Source: a virus. From it: a stretch of 64,000 nt of DNA. Position 1 is the first letter of the stretch; each line of letters opens with the position of its first letter. The notes below the pieces were generated by a model. It searched no databases and was not told the DNA's origin. It saw nothing but the letters and a program-made list of their open reading frames with translations. The position numbers and the translations under genes were made by a program. Where the stretch lies: the IMG/VR virus record IMGVR_UViG_3300030329_004457, positions 28,325 to 92,324 of that record, one strand, 5' to 3'. Positions 47,001 through 56,217 of the stretch are shown here, in pieces.

Positions 47001-48746
47001 TATTTTACAATAGATGCGAGTGGAGATGTCAATATAAGTGGTTGTGTCAATTCTAGCGGATGTATTACTAGCAGTGGTTTAATAACTGCCGCTACTGGTA
47101 TTGAGTTACGACCAAACACTCCAGCAGTTACCACAAATAAGATTTATAATGTTGGTGGTGCTCTTTACTTTAATGGTTCTGCGGTTGATGGAGATACAAC
47201 CTATACCGCTGGAACTGGTCTCACTCTAGTTGGAACAGAATTCAATACTGCGGATACGGGTAATTTTGCTTCTGTTGCTATTGGAACGGAAGGATATATT
47301 TATCACAGTGGAGATACTGATACTTATATTCAATTTACGGATGATGAGATTCAGATAGCTGCCGGTGGAAGAACATATATAAAAATAGAAGAAGATAGTG
47401 TTGATAAGCTCATAATTAATCATAGTGCTTTAGATATCGATTTGCAAGTCAAAGGTGACAATGATGCTAATCTAATAAGAACAGATGCTGCAAATGATAG
47501 GATTGGTATTGGCAAATCTGATCCCGATTATAAATTAGATGTTGTTGGTGTTGGTAGCTTTGAAAGTGGTATCCTAAGTACCGGTTTGATAACTGCCGCC
47601 ACAGGCATTACACTTCAGCGTAACACTCCCGCAACCACTACTGATAAGCTGTATAATGTTGGCGGGGCTCTGTATTTCAATGGTTCTGCTGTTGATGGAG
47701 ATACCACATATACTGCTGGAACTGGCCTCACTCTTGTAGGAACAGAATTTAATACTGCTGGTACTGGTTCTTTTGATCGCATATTATTTGATGATGATAA
47801 AATTAGATTAGGCAAAGATGCTGGTACTGATGATGGCGCCCATGCAATACATATTGGAGAGTATGCCGGATTTGGTCAGGGTACGGCGGCTTCTAATGTC
47901 AATATAGGGTATGCAGCAGGATATCAGCATGGTGGCGGCTATAGTATCAGTATAGGTCATACAGCTGGTTATCAGGCGGATAATTCAGCGGAATTCGGTA
48001 TATATTTGGGATATCACGCTGGTCGTTCCTCCGACAGTGCGCGAGGTATATTTTTAGGTCGGAACGCAGGAAAGAACTGCGCTGGAGATGACAATATAGA
48101 AATTGTTCACTATGGTGCAGAGACTAGTATTTTAGATGGTTATTCTAATAAAATTCATATTGAAAATACAATTGTTGGTGATACTGATGCGCGTAGACTT
48201 GCTGTTGGGTTTGTGGGTAGTGGCGACGTTGTTCCTGATGCCACGCTTGAAATTAAACCTAAAGAACACACAGATATTGGCCTCATAGTTCAGGGCGATA
48301 CGAGCCATTCAGCTAATCTTACAGAGTGGCAAAATAGTTCTGAAACTGTTTTAGCAAGTGTCTCAGCTGATGGTAGTATTTCAGGCAATATTATCACTGC
48401 GTCCAGCGCAATCAAAACGCCTCTCATTACAAATACTGATGGTGCAACAGTTACATGTGATTTAAATTCTGGCAATGTGCATACAGTAACTTTAGGGGGT
48501 AATAGAATCATCGCACTCACAAATGCGACTGTGGGACAAAAATTTATGACCCGATTAGTTCAAGATGGTACGGGTAGTAGAACTGTAACATGGTTTAATA
48601 CTATAAAATGGGCTGGGGGATCTGCACCTACTTTAACTACCACTGCTGATAAAGCTGACATATTGGGCTTTTTGTGTACCGCTGTTAGCGGTGCGTCCTC
48701 ACAGTCTGGAAGCTTTGATGGATTTGTAGTAGGACAAAATATATAA
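44046..48746 (+). CDS. Large fibre-like structural protein with internal repeats
   Basis: 1566 aa, G/T/N-rich; IGxxAG repeat blocks; duplicated ~65-aa module; C-terminal LVQDGTGSRTVTW...W.GG.APTLTT fibre-tip pattern. Confidence 0.75.
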   Translation: MATLPLKLLDRAKEACRGVSTGVADSIILQGPADGFVAISGIGDGTNTYYTLQDAHSWEVGLATYATGAAYPVDQTSYGRLIRGEILASSNSGNAISLASDATADVFITLPADKSIAITSGAVLQEGSILFSDNGSGIVDGSANLTYSGSPLTLTVNSGNLSFNTGNLDQLIFTDNIVKIGERAVGEDFTSSLGVAIGYYAGGKNAGTRNIAIGHRANYNNETSYYVCSVGDQAGLDSHNTNFSTNIGYVAGYNSSGTTQSNFGMTAGYMAKGEYLINIGYKAGQQSVGDNSVYIGQLAGYKNEGNNNIEIVTNSGIINNNFSNRVNIENVILSDTTNKKVAIGDVGTGSLTTALEPNAILDVITTGAIGTSIPVFRVAGTGGSLISTYDNVSTGVIFSVSNVDGLPLIAADASGDVTLIENGRYVGIATGTPQYQLDVNGTGNFASGVLVANGAASIDSDGNATFKNLVSDGNLTVSGTLTYIDSTTVTIGDKQLELASNSGAAVGNDTSVHDGGLVLKSTDGDKKWTWQNNAYWDEWLSSEHVHVTGNKALRAGPTGSYGNPLLLYNWTNRGNLVLGDGPHVVPNNASGWLIMNHGWDHNGGVISGVANIDAYSGNFQNLTVSGTPMTVSSNDKGEATLAGVGSISLLPSGASSPLEIKGASDACITFPDGTVQCTSPTGCCSGITNDITTIETALNGITGCGLSCSTFNTVSGIADTAWLTSVANEVDITTITGALDGITGCGLSCTGVTGEFRFDGRVDFYEHVTLWDTLTVGGDVIFDSGVTIMEDLEFYCGDGFWTTIACTGHGNLNIPSGNVYVNNIYQTGYFYDVDVTNNLLIDNNLYVTGNVYNTNINTTGYFYNIDITNTAIIDNNLFVYGNIYNNTIYQTGHFYDIDVTNNVLIDNDLYVTGNFYIHNINSTGYFYDIDVTNNAYFTHIGLNQTSIVSILDIRSINITDIDIRIQQIANQTANFMSIVDINNNEYFTIDASGDVNISGCVNSSGCITSSGLITAATGIELRPNTPAVTTNKIYNVGGALYFNGSAVDGDTTYTAGTGLTLVGTEFNTADTGNFASVAIGTEGYIYHSGDTDTYIQFTDDEIQIAAGGRTYIKIEEDSVDKLIINHSALDIDLQVKGDNDANLIRTDAANDRIGIGKSDPDYKLDVVGVGSFESGILSTGLITAATGITLQRNTPATTTDKLYNVGGALYFNGSAVDGDTTYTAGTGLTLVGTEFNTAGTGSFDRILFDDDKIRLGKDAGTDDGAHAIHIGEYAGFGQGTAASNVNIGYAAGYQHGGGYSISIGHTAGYQADNSAEFGIYLGYHAGRSSDSARGIFLGRNAGKNCAGDDNIEIVHYGAETSILDGYSNKIHIENTIVGDTDARRLAVGFVGSGDVVPDATLEIKPKEHTDIGLIVQGDTSHSANLTEWQNSSETVLASVSADGSISGNIITASSAIKTPLITNTDGATVTCDLNSGNVHTVTLGGNRIIALTNATVGQKFMTRLVQDGTGSRTVTWFNTIKWAGGSAPTLTTTADKADILGFLCTAVSGASSQSGSFDGFVVGQNI

Positions 48747-48755
48747 GGATAAGTT

Positions 48756-49016
48756 ATGAGCCATAGCGAACTTGATCATCGACACTATGTAATAATACCA
48801 TATAGCGAAATAGTAAATATTAATTTTGATGATATTATAGAAACGAGCATAGATACAGTGAGAAAGTCTGTAGATGGCACTAAAACATTTGTAAAATATA
48901 CACATGATATGCCAGAGAGTGTACAGGCCATCGAAGATAAAAGTCAAGAATATAGTCATGACGAAATATTAGAAGTATTGGCAACGGAAGCATGGGTATT
49001 TTCCGAAGCTCCGTAG
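48756..49016 (+). CDS. Small fibre-associated protein
   Basis: ETS.DTVRKS.DGTKTFVKY...YSH.EIL..L....W pattern common after fibres. Confidence 0.65.
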   Translation: MSHSELDHRHYVIIPYSEIVNINFDDIIETSIDTVRKSVDGTKTFVKYTHDMPESVQAIEDKSQEYSHDEILEVLATEAWVFSEAP

Positions 49017-49043
49017 TCTCCCTTATACAACAAAGGCTATCTC

Positions 49044-49838
49044 ATGGCGGTGAATATACAAAATGGTCAGGTTAAAAATTTACATATTGGACCAGATATT
49101 ATTACGGATGGTTTGGTGTCGTGGTGGAATGTTGCTTCTATTAGAAGCTATCCGCGCACCGGTGCTGTGTGGTATGATTTAATAAAAAAACATCAGAATA
49201 ATGGGAGCTTGATTAATATGTCATCCACAAACTTTAGTAATGAAGGAGGAGGGGTCTTATTATTTGATGCGGCAGATGAAGTGGTAGATATTGCGGATAA
49301 TAGCACTATCGATTTTGGGACTAACTCTTTTACTACGTGTGTTTGGACTAAGCTACAATCTGAATTGACCAGTGCGTCTAATGGTGGATATCTTTTAGGC
49401 AAAAGAGGTGATGGTACTGCGGGTGATTGGGCAGGGTGGCAAATACGGGCTCGAAACGTAGGGGTTAGTCGAGGTTGGGTATTAGTAGATTCAGGAGTGG
49501 ATGACGGTAGTACAGCATATATGCCATTAACTAGTAGCATTTTTAATTTTGATGAATGGTATATGATTTCCCTTGTTCATAATACTGATGACAAATATGT
49601 TCGTTTATATATAAACGATACTTTAGTTGGAGCTAGAAACTATACGTCTTTAGGCACCATAAGTAATACTATTCCTTTAGAGTTTGCTGGAACAAGATAT
49701 TATAACCATTACTATTATGGATTTCCTGTTAATAGCGTTCCCTGTGCTATAGGAAATGTTGCTATGTATCAACGAGCTTTGACATTACAAGATATTATTT
49801 ATAATTGGCTGTCTCGATATAATGCATATAGTAGTTAA
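49044..49838 (+). CDS. LamG / concanavalin-A-like domain protein
   Basis: IITDGLV..W......SYP..G..WYDL; FT...W.K; WY.I..V; Y.RALT..DI..N. Confidence 0.8.
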   Translation: MAVNIQNGQVKNLHIGPDIITDGLVSWWNVASIRSYPRTGAVWYDLIKKHQNNGSLINMSSTNFSNEGGGVLLFDAADEVVDIADNSTIDFGTNSFTTCVWTKLQSELTSASNGGYLLGKRGDGTAGDWAGWQIRARNVGVSRGWVLVDSGVDDGSTAYMPLTSSIFNFDEWYMISLVHNTDDKYVRLYINDTLVGARNYTSLGTISNTIPLEFAGTRYYNHYYYGFPVNSVPCAIGNVAMYQRALTLQDIIYNWLSRYNAYSS

Positions 49839-49841
49839 GGA

Positions 49842-50723
49842 GTGGTTATGGAACTTATTGTAAAGACTAAAACTGATGACGGATCAGACCAAAGCGTTTA
49901 TCAGGATGGTGACATTATAGAAACCTTCACAGATTTAACCATATCAAACCGTCACGTACAAATAATTTGTCATCCCAAAAACTTTCCCTTAAATACTTTT
50001 GGATTAAGAGATAGAAATACTTTACTTGAGAAATATATGGCGGCGGTCAGTGAGTTTCAATTTACTAGATTAAATAGTAACGATGTACAGAGATTAAATC
50101 TTATTACGGGCGATGTAAGCGTGGTAAATACTACCCCAAACGCTAACAATGAATACATTTATGTGGATAAGTTTTTAGGTGATCGTGTTAAAAATCCTAG
50201 ACATAGAATCTTTGGCACGTCACATGGTAATGAGGTTTGGTATACCGGACATAAAAAATTTACACATGAAGTTTGTGATGCTGTTTGGAACGATGTTGAA
50301 ACTCATACAGATAAGTTAAAAAGTAATCATGAACATTGGCCTTTTACCGAAACAGAAAAACGTCATTTTTTAGCCTTAAATTGTTGTGGATATAAATTTG
50401 ACAGAGCAACGTGGAGTGGTGGTTGTTGTGAAATATCGTGCGGTACTTGCTCTGAACGAAAAGGTTGTGTTATAAGACAGCAAGTGTTTGAAGAAGATCC
50501 TGTTTTAATAGACGGTGAGCCAAACTATGAAGAAATTCTGGTGGCTAAACGACAGTGGCAAGTACCTTATTGGGACTTAACACACACCTTAGGTATTGAT
50601 GTAGATGACGTTAGAAATGAGAATAAGGAATTAGATGTTAGAGTAGATGGACCGCTTGAAAATCGTAATCAGCTGGATGATATTAACGTAGATAAAGTGG
50701 CAGAAGGGATAGTGAGTGTATAA
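49842..50723 (+). CDS. Hypothetical protein
   Basis: 293 aa in the structural operon; Cys-rich patch. Confidence 0.7.
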   Translation: MVMELIVKTKTDDGSDQSVYQDGDIIETFTDLTISNRHVQIICHPKNFPLNTFGLRDRNTLLEKYMAAVSEFQFTRLNSNDVQRLNLITGDVSVVNTTPNANNEYIYVDKFLGDRVKNPRHRIFGTSHGNEVWYTGHKKFTHEVCDAVWNDVETHTDKLKSNHEHWPFTETEKRHFLALNCCGYKFDRATWSGGCCEISCGTCSERKGCVIRQQVFEEDPVLIDGEPNYEEILVAKRQWQVPYWDLTHTLGIDVDDVRNENKELDVRVDGPLENRNQLDDINVDKVAEGIVSV

Positions 50724-51823
50724 TGGCTACTGTAACTAAAACCATTGGTGCTACGGGTAGAGACTATTCTACTATTACAGCTTGGGAAGCTGATTTAAAT
50801 GATGATACAATATATGATGCTGGTGATGATGCGGTTGGTGAGTGCTATGACGATGCTGATTTTGACATGCAAAACGATTTTAGTCTTAATGGAGGAGCAA
50901 CTTTAGGACTGGCAAGTGTTAAGCTAACCGTAGCAGAAGGAGAAAGGCATGACGGCACTGCTGGTACGGGCGTAAGGATTTATACGTCTACCACTACTAA
51001 ATATAAATGGCTTCCCATGCCTCCAAACACTACCAAGTATTCCTTAATTATCGAGTGGATTGAATTTGATGGATGTGATGAGGGTTCCGGTTCAAATCTG
51101 ATGACTGGGAATTCTCAGACAAGCACTTCTTATGTTACATTGGTCAGAAACTGTATTTTCCATAACGTGGAATCTAGATGGATTAGTTCAACTAGTAGAG
51201 ATATAAGAATTCAAAATAATATATTTTATAACTGTGGTATAGGTAAGAATAGTTATGAAACAATTGGCATATATTTGCGAAATAGCTATACTGGATGTGG
51301 ATTTTATAATAACACCATGCATTATATAAGAAGTGGAAGCACTAGCACTTCTGCGAAGCTTCGACATCTTTATAATTCACAAAACGCAACAAATACTAGA
51401 ATAATTAATAATATAGGAACGCATCTTGACCTTCCCAATTCTAGCAGCGCACACAAATACTCGTTTTATTCTGGTACTTCTAAACCACCATTTAGTAATA
51501 CAACCAGATATAAAAACAACGCCGACGAAGGCGAGTCTGCGATTACGTATATGTTAGATGGCACCGCAGGATCTTCGGCTTGTGTTACAGGAGTTACTCC
51601 AGCAAATATATATCAAAGTACAACATATGGGTCAGAAGATTTACGTTTAAAAAGCAATACAGAAATATTGGGTTCTGGAGTTGACGTAGGTACTAGTGAC
51701 AATTTAAGTATAGATATAGAAGGCTATGATAGAGACGACGCTTCAGCTTGGGATATTGGGGCTGACCAATTTGTGGCAGACACAGTGCTTGCTGGCGCAT
51801 CTTTTGCAATGTTTATAGATTAA
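50723..51823 (+). CDS. Beta-helix virion protein
   Basis: RDYSTITAWE N-terminus; NCIF/NNIF/NNT repeats; DIEG.DR...WDIGADQ. Confidence 0.7.
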   Translation: MATVTKTIGATGRDYSTITAWEADLNDDTIYDAGDDAVGECYDDADFDMQNDFSLNGGATLGLASVKLTVAEGERHDGTAGTGVRIYTSTTTKYKWLPMPPNTTKYSLIIEWIEFDGCDEGSGSNLMTGNSQTSTSYVTLVRNCIFHNVESRWISSTSRDIRIQNNIFYNCGIGKNSYETIGIYLRNSYTGCGFYNNTMHYIRSGSTSTSAKLRHLYNSQNATNTRIINNIGTHLDLPNSSSAHKYSFYSGTSKPPFSNTTRYKNNADEGESAITYMLDGTAGSSACVTGVTPANIYQSTTYGSEDLRLKSNTEILGSGVDVGTSDNLSIDIEGYDRDDASAWDIGADQFVADTVLAGASFAMFID

Positions 51824-51833
51824 AGGTATAACT

Positions 51834-52163
51834 ATGTTAGGCTTACATCCTATATCTTCGGCTCCATTGAGTTCACTAAGCGATATGCGATATAGGGTGG
51901 TATTAGTTGATAGAATACCTATTGAAATATTATCTACTGTTCAAACTATTGTTGAGCAAATAGATATACCTATTGAAATTGAAATTCCGAAAACAGACGC
52001 ATTAACCTTAAAATGGGTACTAAAAAGTAGGGGTCAGCAATGGGTTGTAGATGCTGAAATTCTCCAGTGGATATTACAAAGTAGTGATAAAAAATGGACA
52101 GTAAACAGCAATCCGACAAAATGGAGCTTAAATTCTCGACCTACGAAATGGACTATTAAATAA
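51834..52163 (+). CDS. Hypothetical protein with Trp-repeat tail
   Basis: Six W-x8 repeats (KWVL, QWVV, QWIL, KWTV, KWSL, KWTI). Confidence 0.65.
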   Translation: MLGLHPISSAPLSSLSDMRYRVVLVDRIPIEILSTVQTIVEQIDIPIEIEIPKTDALTLKWVLKSRGQQWVVDAEILQWILQSSDKKWTVNSNPTKWSLNSRPTKWTIK

Positions 52164-52907
52164 ATGAGCGTTTCAAGAAATAATTTAGTTATATATACTT
52201 CCGTTAATATGCCCGAAGACAATACTAGTCTTACTGGAGGGGCCATTAATAGTGGTATTCGAGCTAGTTTTGATGATCCGTCGTCATCTAGTAAGATTGT
52301 TATATATAGTGCCAGCGCTAGCGATACAAGCCAAAATTTAAGTATAAGAGGAAGAACGGATAATGGTATTATTGTTAATGAAACATTAAATTTAAGCGGT
52401 ACAACTCAGGTAATTAGTAACTATACATATAACAGAATACTAAAGACTCATTTAAATAGTGGTTGTTGGGGTATTATTACAGTGAGTGGGCAGTCGGTGA
52501 ATAATATTGCCGAAATTCCTGTAGGAGAAAGCGGTTTTAGTAGACCTTTTTATGATGCCACGGCATATCCCAATACTGCCAAAACATATTATGAAAAAAT
52601 ATTTGTAAAAAATAATAACAATAATACAGCCTTATCCGATGCTTACGTGGTACAATCGAACGCTGGTCTTTATAATAAAGTCCAGTTTGCCTTAGAAGAT
52701 ACAAAACAAGCAGATCAAACAATTACAAATAGAGAGACAGTTCCTACTGGCATAACCGGTGGTTTTGGTTCGGGTATAAGCGGTATTATCAACAATAAAT
52801 TATTAGCTCTTGATTATCAAGGTGTTTGGTTAAAACTAAGTTTAGACGCTGAAGAGTCAGCTATAAATAGTTTTTATGAAATTCAAGTTTCTGGTACAAC
52901 GGTGTAA
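52164..52907 (+). CDS. Hypothetical structural protein
   Basis: 247 aa S/T/N-rich. Confidence 0.7.
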   Translation: MSVSRNNLVIYTSVNMPEDNTSLTGGAINSGIRASFDDPSSSSKIVIYSASASDTSQNLSIRGRTDNGIIVNETLNLSGTTQVISNYTYNRILKTHLNSGCWGIITVSGQSVNNIAEIPVGESGFSRPFYDATAYPNTAKTYYEKIFVKNNNNNTALSDAYVVQSNAGLYNKVQFALEDTKQADQTITNRETVPTGITGGFGSGISGIINNKLLALDYQGVWLKLSLDAEESAINSFYEIQVSGTTV

Positions 52908-52909
52908 TT

Positions 52910-53227
52910 ATGGCATTAACAGCAAATCAAAGGTTGTGTAAACAACCAACAGAAACACGTAAGTTTGAAATGGATTTTTCTAGTGTATTAGGTACAAGTG
53001 AAAATATTTCATCTATTGTGTCAGTAAATTCAGAAAAGGTTGGTGGATATGCCAGCGACTTAGTAATTGGATCTACCGGATTAGTTAGCGCTACTCCAAC
53101 GGGTACGGTTCAAATGTATATTGAAAGTGGCACATTAGGAAGTACCTATCGTATCGAAGTATTGGTTAATACAGACGCTTCTCAAGTACTTGAGGGCGAT
53201 GGCATTTTATATGTAACGGATCAATAA
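52910..53227 (+). CDS. Fibre/tail adaptor-like protein
   Basis: KQP.E.R.F..DF...L; GT.G.TY.I.V...T. Confidence 0.6.
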   Translation: MALTANQRLCKQPTETRKFEMDFSSVLGTSENISSIVSVNSEKVGGYASDLVIGSTGLVSATPTGTVQMYIESGTLGSTYRIEVLVNTDASQVLEGDGILYVTDQ

Positions 53228-53229
53228 TT

Positions 53230-53745
53230 ATGGCTACATGGCAAAATACTAGTTTAATAATGTTACGCACTATGCTTAATGATGCTGGGTGCGATACTGT
53301 TAGATATACTCCACAGAGATTGGATGATTTATTAATTACGGCTGCATATTTACTACCTTTAGAAGTAAATTTTCAAAATGATTATGTTGTGGATGTTGAA
53401 TTACGTACTATTACTCCCGATCCCATTTATCCTACCAAACAAGACGATGGAGATGAGTTTGTTAATTTATTGGTTCTTAAAGCTGCCTGTATGGCAGACG
53501 AAGGCAATTTTCGTACTGCTGCTTTATCACAGGGGGTGACCGCTCGTATTGGTCCAGCGTCTCTACAAACAAGTAGTTATGGTCAATATTTAGGCACTCT
53601 TTTAAATGAGGGTCCATGTAAGGCATATGCTAAGTTAGTAGAGGAATATAATATGGGCTATGACGGTTCGAAGATTATTCGCGCAGTTATGTCTCCATTT
53701 GTTGCCAATGATTATGATCCAAGCAATTTAGGTACTACTAGATAA
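53230..53745 (+). CDS. Probable head-tail adaptor
   Basis: LR..LND......Y....L..LL N-terminus; position. Confidence 0.55.
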   Translation: MATWQNTSLIMLRTMLNDAGCDTVRYTPQRLDDLLITAAYLLPLEVNFQNDYVVDVELRTITPDPIYPTKQDDGDEFVNLLVLKAACMADEGNFRTAALSQGVTARIGPASLQTSSYGQYLGTLLNEGPCKAYAKLVEEYNMGYDGSKIIRAVMSPFVANDYDPSNLGTTR

Positions 53746-53763
53746 AAATAAGAGGTAACTATT

Positions 53764-53997
53764 ATGTCTGATGTTATTACATATGCAATGTCTGGATCTG
53801 GCCCATACCAGTCTACGACAATTAATAATGGGGGTTTACTTGTTGGTGCTCCTCGCGGTAGTGGTTTTGTAGATAGTAATTATACTTTTGGGGCAGGTTA
53901 TAATGGCGCTGATACGACTGCGTCAACACTTCCTGCTACTGGAACTGTTTTCACTAAATATGATGCCCGTATTACTGGCTGTCCTCCTTGTTCTTAA
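53764..53997 (+). CDS. Small structural-region protein (paralog of 13052-13303)
   Basis: Shared motifs with the 13-kb ORF. Confidence 0.7.
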   Translation: MSDVITYAMSGSGPYQSTTINNGGLLVGAPRGSGFVDSNYTFGAGYNGADTTASTLPATGTVFTKYDARITGCPPCS

Positions 53998-54013
53998 ACA
54001 TGGTTAGATACCT

Positions 54014-54541
54014 ATGGTAAATCCATTTAGCGGTATTATAGATAGTAGTTTTAAATCAGTTTTTAATAATGCTATTTCTGCACTATTAGAAAACGATGCT
54101 CTTACTATTGCATGTACCTTAGAATATGGCATTACTAAATATGAAAACTGTTCTAATTGTTTATATGATCCTATAGGTCAAAAATCTGCTAATAGATTTC
54201 AAGATGGAGGGCCTGCCCCATTTCCCTTTGGAAGCATATGTCCATTATGTAATGGGGATGGTAAGAAACCAGTTACTTCTTCTGAAAATGTTAATTTAGC
54301 TGTTATATTTGAGCCTAGACAATTTTTAGAAATGCACACTCCTGTTAATACTGCGGATGGTTATATACAAACTTTGGCTACAAAATCTATGACACCTAAA
54401 CTACAACGAGCAAAAGAAATTGTGGTGGCAACGGATGTGTCTGGATTTTTTACACATCGATACCAGAGAGTTAGCGAGCCTTTGCCTATTGGGTTGGGGA
54501 ATAATGAGTTTGTGCTTTGTACTTGGCGTAGGAGTGGATAA
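54014..54541 (+). CDS. Probable head-closure/neck protein with Cys4 insertion
   Basis: CSNC...CPLC; position. Confidence 0.55.
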   Translation: MVNPFSGIIDSSFKSVFNNAISALLENDALTIACTLEYGITKYENCSNCLYDPIGQKSANRFQDGGPAPFPFGSICPLCNGDGKKPVTSSENVNLAVIFEPRQFLEMHTPVNTADGYIQTLATKSMTPKLQRAKEIVVATDVSGFFTHRYQRVSEPLPIGLGNNEFVLCTWRRSG

Positions 54542-55191
54542 TGGAAGTTGTTGCTACTATTCAGCTTGACTCAGGCTTTCCCTCTGAATTTTATCATAAT
54601 GTTGTGAAAGAAATTACTGATAGAATTAAGAAAGAAGCAGACAAAATTCGTGTGACTATTACCGATAGACTTAAAAAAACAGTACGAGAATCGTTAATAG
54701 CAACACCCGAATATCAATCTATAGTTCAGGGGAAATTACGTGCTGAATTGGGTATTCCAAACTCCAGCGCGCGAATTATAGAAGTGATTGACGCATGGGT
54801 TAATAATATGGTAGTGAAAGTTAAAGCTGGCAAGAACCCTTTTTTGCAAATTGACATAGGTATGGTCCAAGGAGATTATAGTGATGTATTATCCTTACCT
54901 GCTGCGCAATATACATATTCCAGTCAGCGAGGAGGAGGTACTATACCTTGGTTAAAATGGTTGTTGTTAGAAGGAGATAAGCGCATTATTACTAGATATG
55001 AATTTTCAAATAACCCTAGAGGTAGTCGTACTGGTATGGGGATTATGATTGCAAAAGATCGAGGCGTTTGGCAAGTTCCTCCAGAATTTTCAGGTACTTC
55101 TGTAAATAATTTTGCGACTAGAGCATTAGAAGGTATTGAAAACAAAATAGACAGGATTATTGAAACTACTATTAAAGGGCGATTGAAATGA
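54541..55191 (+). CDS. Probable neck/tail component
   Basis: IPWLKWLLLEG; position. Confidence 0.5.
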   Translation: MEVVATIQLDSGFPSEFYHNVVKEITDRIKKEADKIRVTITDRLKKTVRESLIATPEYQSIVQGKLRAELGIPNSSARIIEVIDAWVNNMVVKVKAGKNPFLQIDIGMVQGDYSDVLSLPAAQYTYSSQRGGGTIPWLKWLLLEGDKRIITRYEFSNNPRGSRTGMGIMIAKDRGVWQVPPEFSGTSVNNFATRALEGIENKIDRIIETTIKGRLK

Positions 55192-56150
55192 GTTGTAATA
55201 TTTCTGCTACATTTAACCATGTGTCTCAAGTTGGCAATACGCTTTTGAATTCGGAATTAGAGTCTAACCTCAAAAGCTATTTCGATTGGGGAATGTTGGG
55301 TATTGGAGGATGGTTTAATGTCACTATACCCACATCTGGTGCGTGGGGTGGAACCTTTGATAAATTAAGACTGGTTGATGATCCTGCTTATGTATTGGGT
55401 CAGGTATGGGAAAGTTCTCGCAAGGATTGGGTGTGGGAAACCGGAGTGGCATATACCGGAGCGTCTCCTATTGCTATTTCGGGTGTTTATATTAATGATA
55501 CCTTAAAAGGTACGGGAGATGCTACTTACGGACATCATTATAATTATCCTTTGGGGCGTGTGGTATTTGATAGTGCCCTACCGACTACCTCTAACGTGCA
55601 ATTAGAATATAGTTATCGTAACGTTCAAAGCTATATTGCAGATCAGGCCCCATGGTGGGACGAATTGCAATATAATTCAATGCGAGTGGATGACTCCACT
55701 TTTAGTCAGGTATCTTCTGGAAATTGGGGTATTTTAGCTAACCATCGTGTTCAAATGCCAGCTGTGGTAATTGAGGCTGTTCCACGTCGAAGTTTTCAGC
55801 CTTATGAATTGGGAAATACTTCTAACTTTGTTAAACAAGATGTCCTTTTTCATATTGTGGCTGAAAGTAGATGGTGGAGAAATCAATTAGTTGACATTCT
55901 TTCTATTCAAAAAGATAATAATTTAATGCTTTATGATTCAGATAAATTAGCAGATGCGGGCGCTTTTCCATTGGATCATAGGGGTATGGTGGTGAATCCG
56001 AGCAATAATTATTCTGGAATTGTTAATACTAAAAATTATCAATATACTTCTGCTCGTATTACAGATATGGCTGTGACCGAGATGGAATCGTATAATAGTA
56101 GACTGTATGAAGGGACAGTGAGGGGTACTTTTGAGGTAGTTTTTAGCTAA
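55188..56150 (+). CDS. Probable tail completion/terminator protein
   Basis: Directly before the tail tube; QMPAVVIE...PYELG. Confidence 0.5.
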   Translation: MSCNISATFNHVSQVGNTLLNSELESNLKSYFDWGMLGIGGWFNVTIPTSGAWGGTFDKLRLVDDPAYVLGQVWESSRKDWVWETGVAYTGASPIAISGVYINDTLKGTGDATYGHHYNYPLGRVVFDSALPTTSNVQLEYSYRNVQSYIADQAPWWDELQYNSMRVDDSTFSQVSSGNWGILANHRVQMPAVVIEAVPRRSFQPYELGNTSNFVKQDVLFHIVAESRWWRNQLVDILSIQKDNNLMLYDSDKLADAGAFPLDHRGMVVNPSNNYSGIVNTKNYQYTSARITDMAVTEMESYNSRLYEGTVRGTFEVVFS

Positions 56151-56217
56151 ATGGTGTATCTAGTAATAGATTTTCCCCCAGAGAGAACTTAAGAATTTCC
56201 TAAACAAGGAGAGATTT

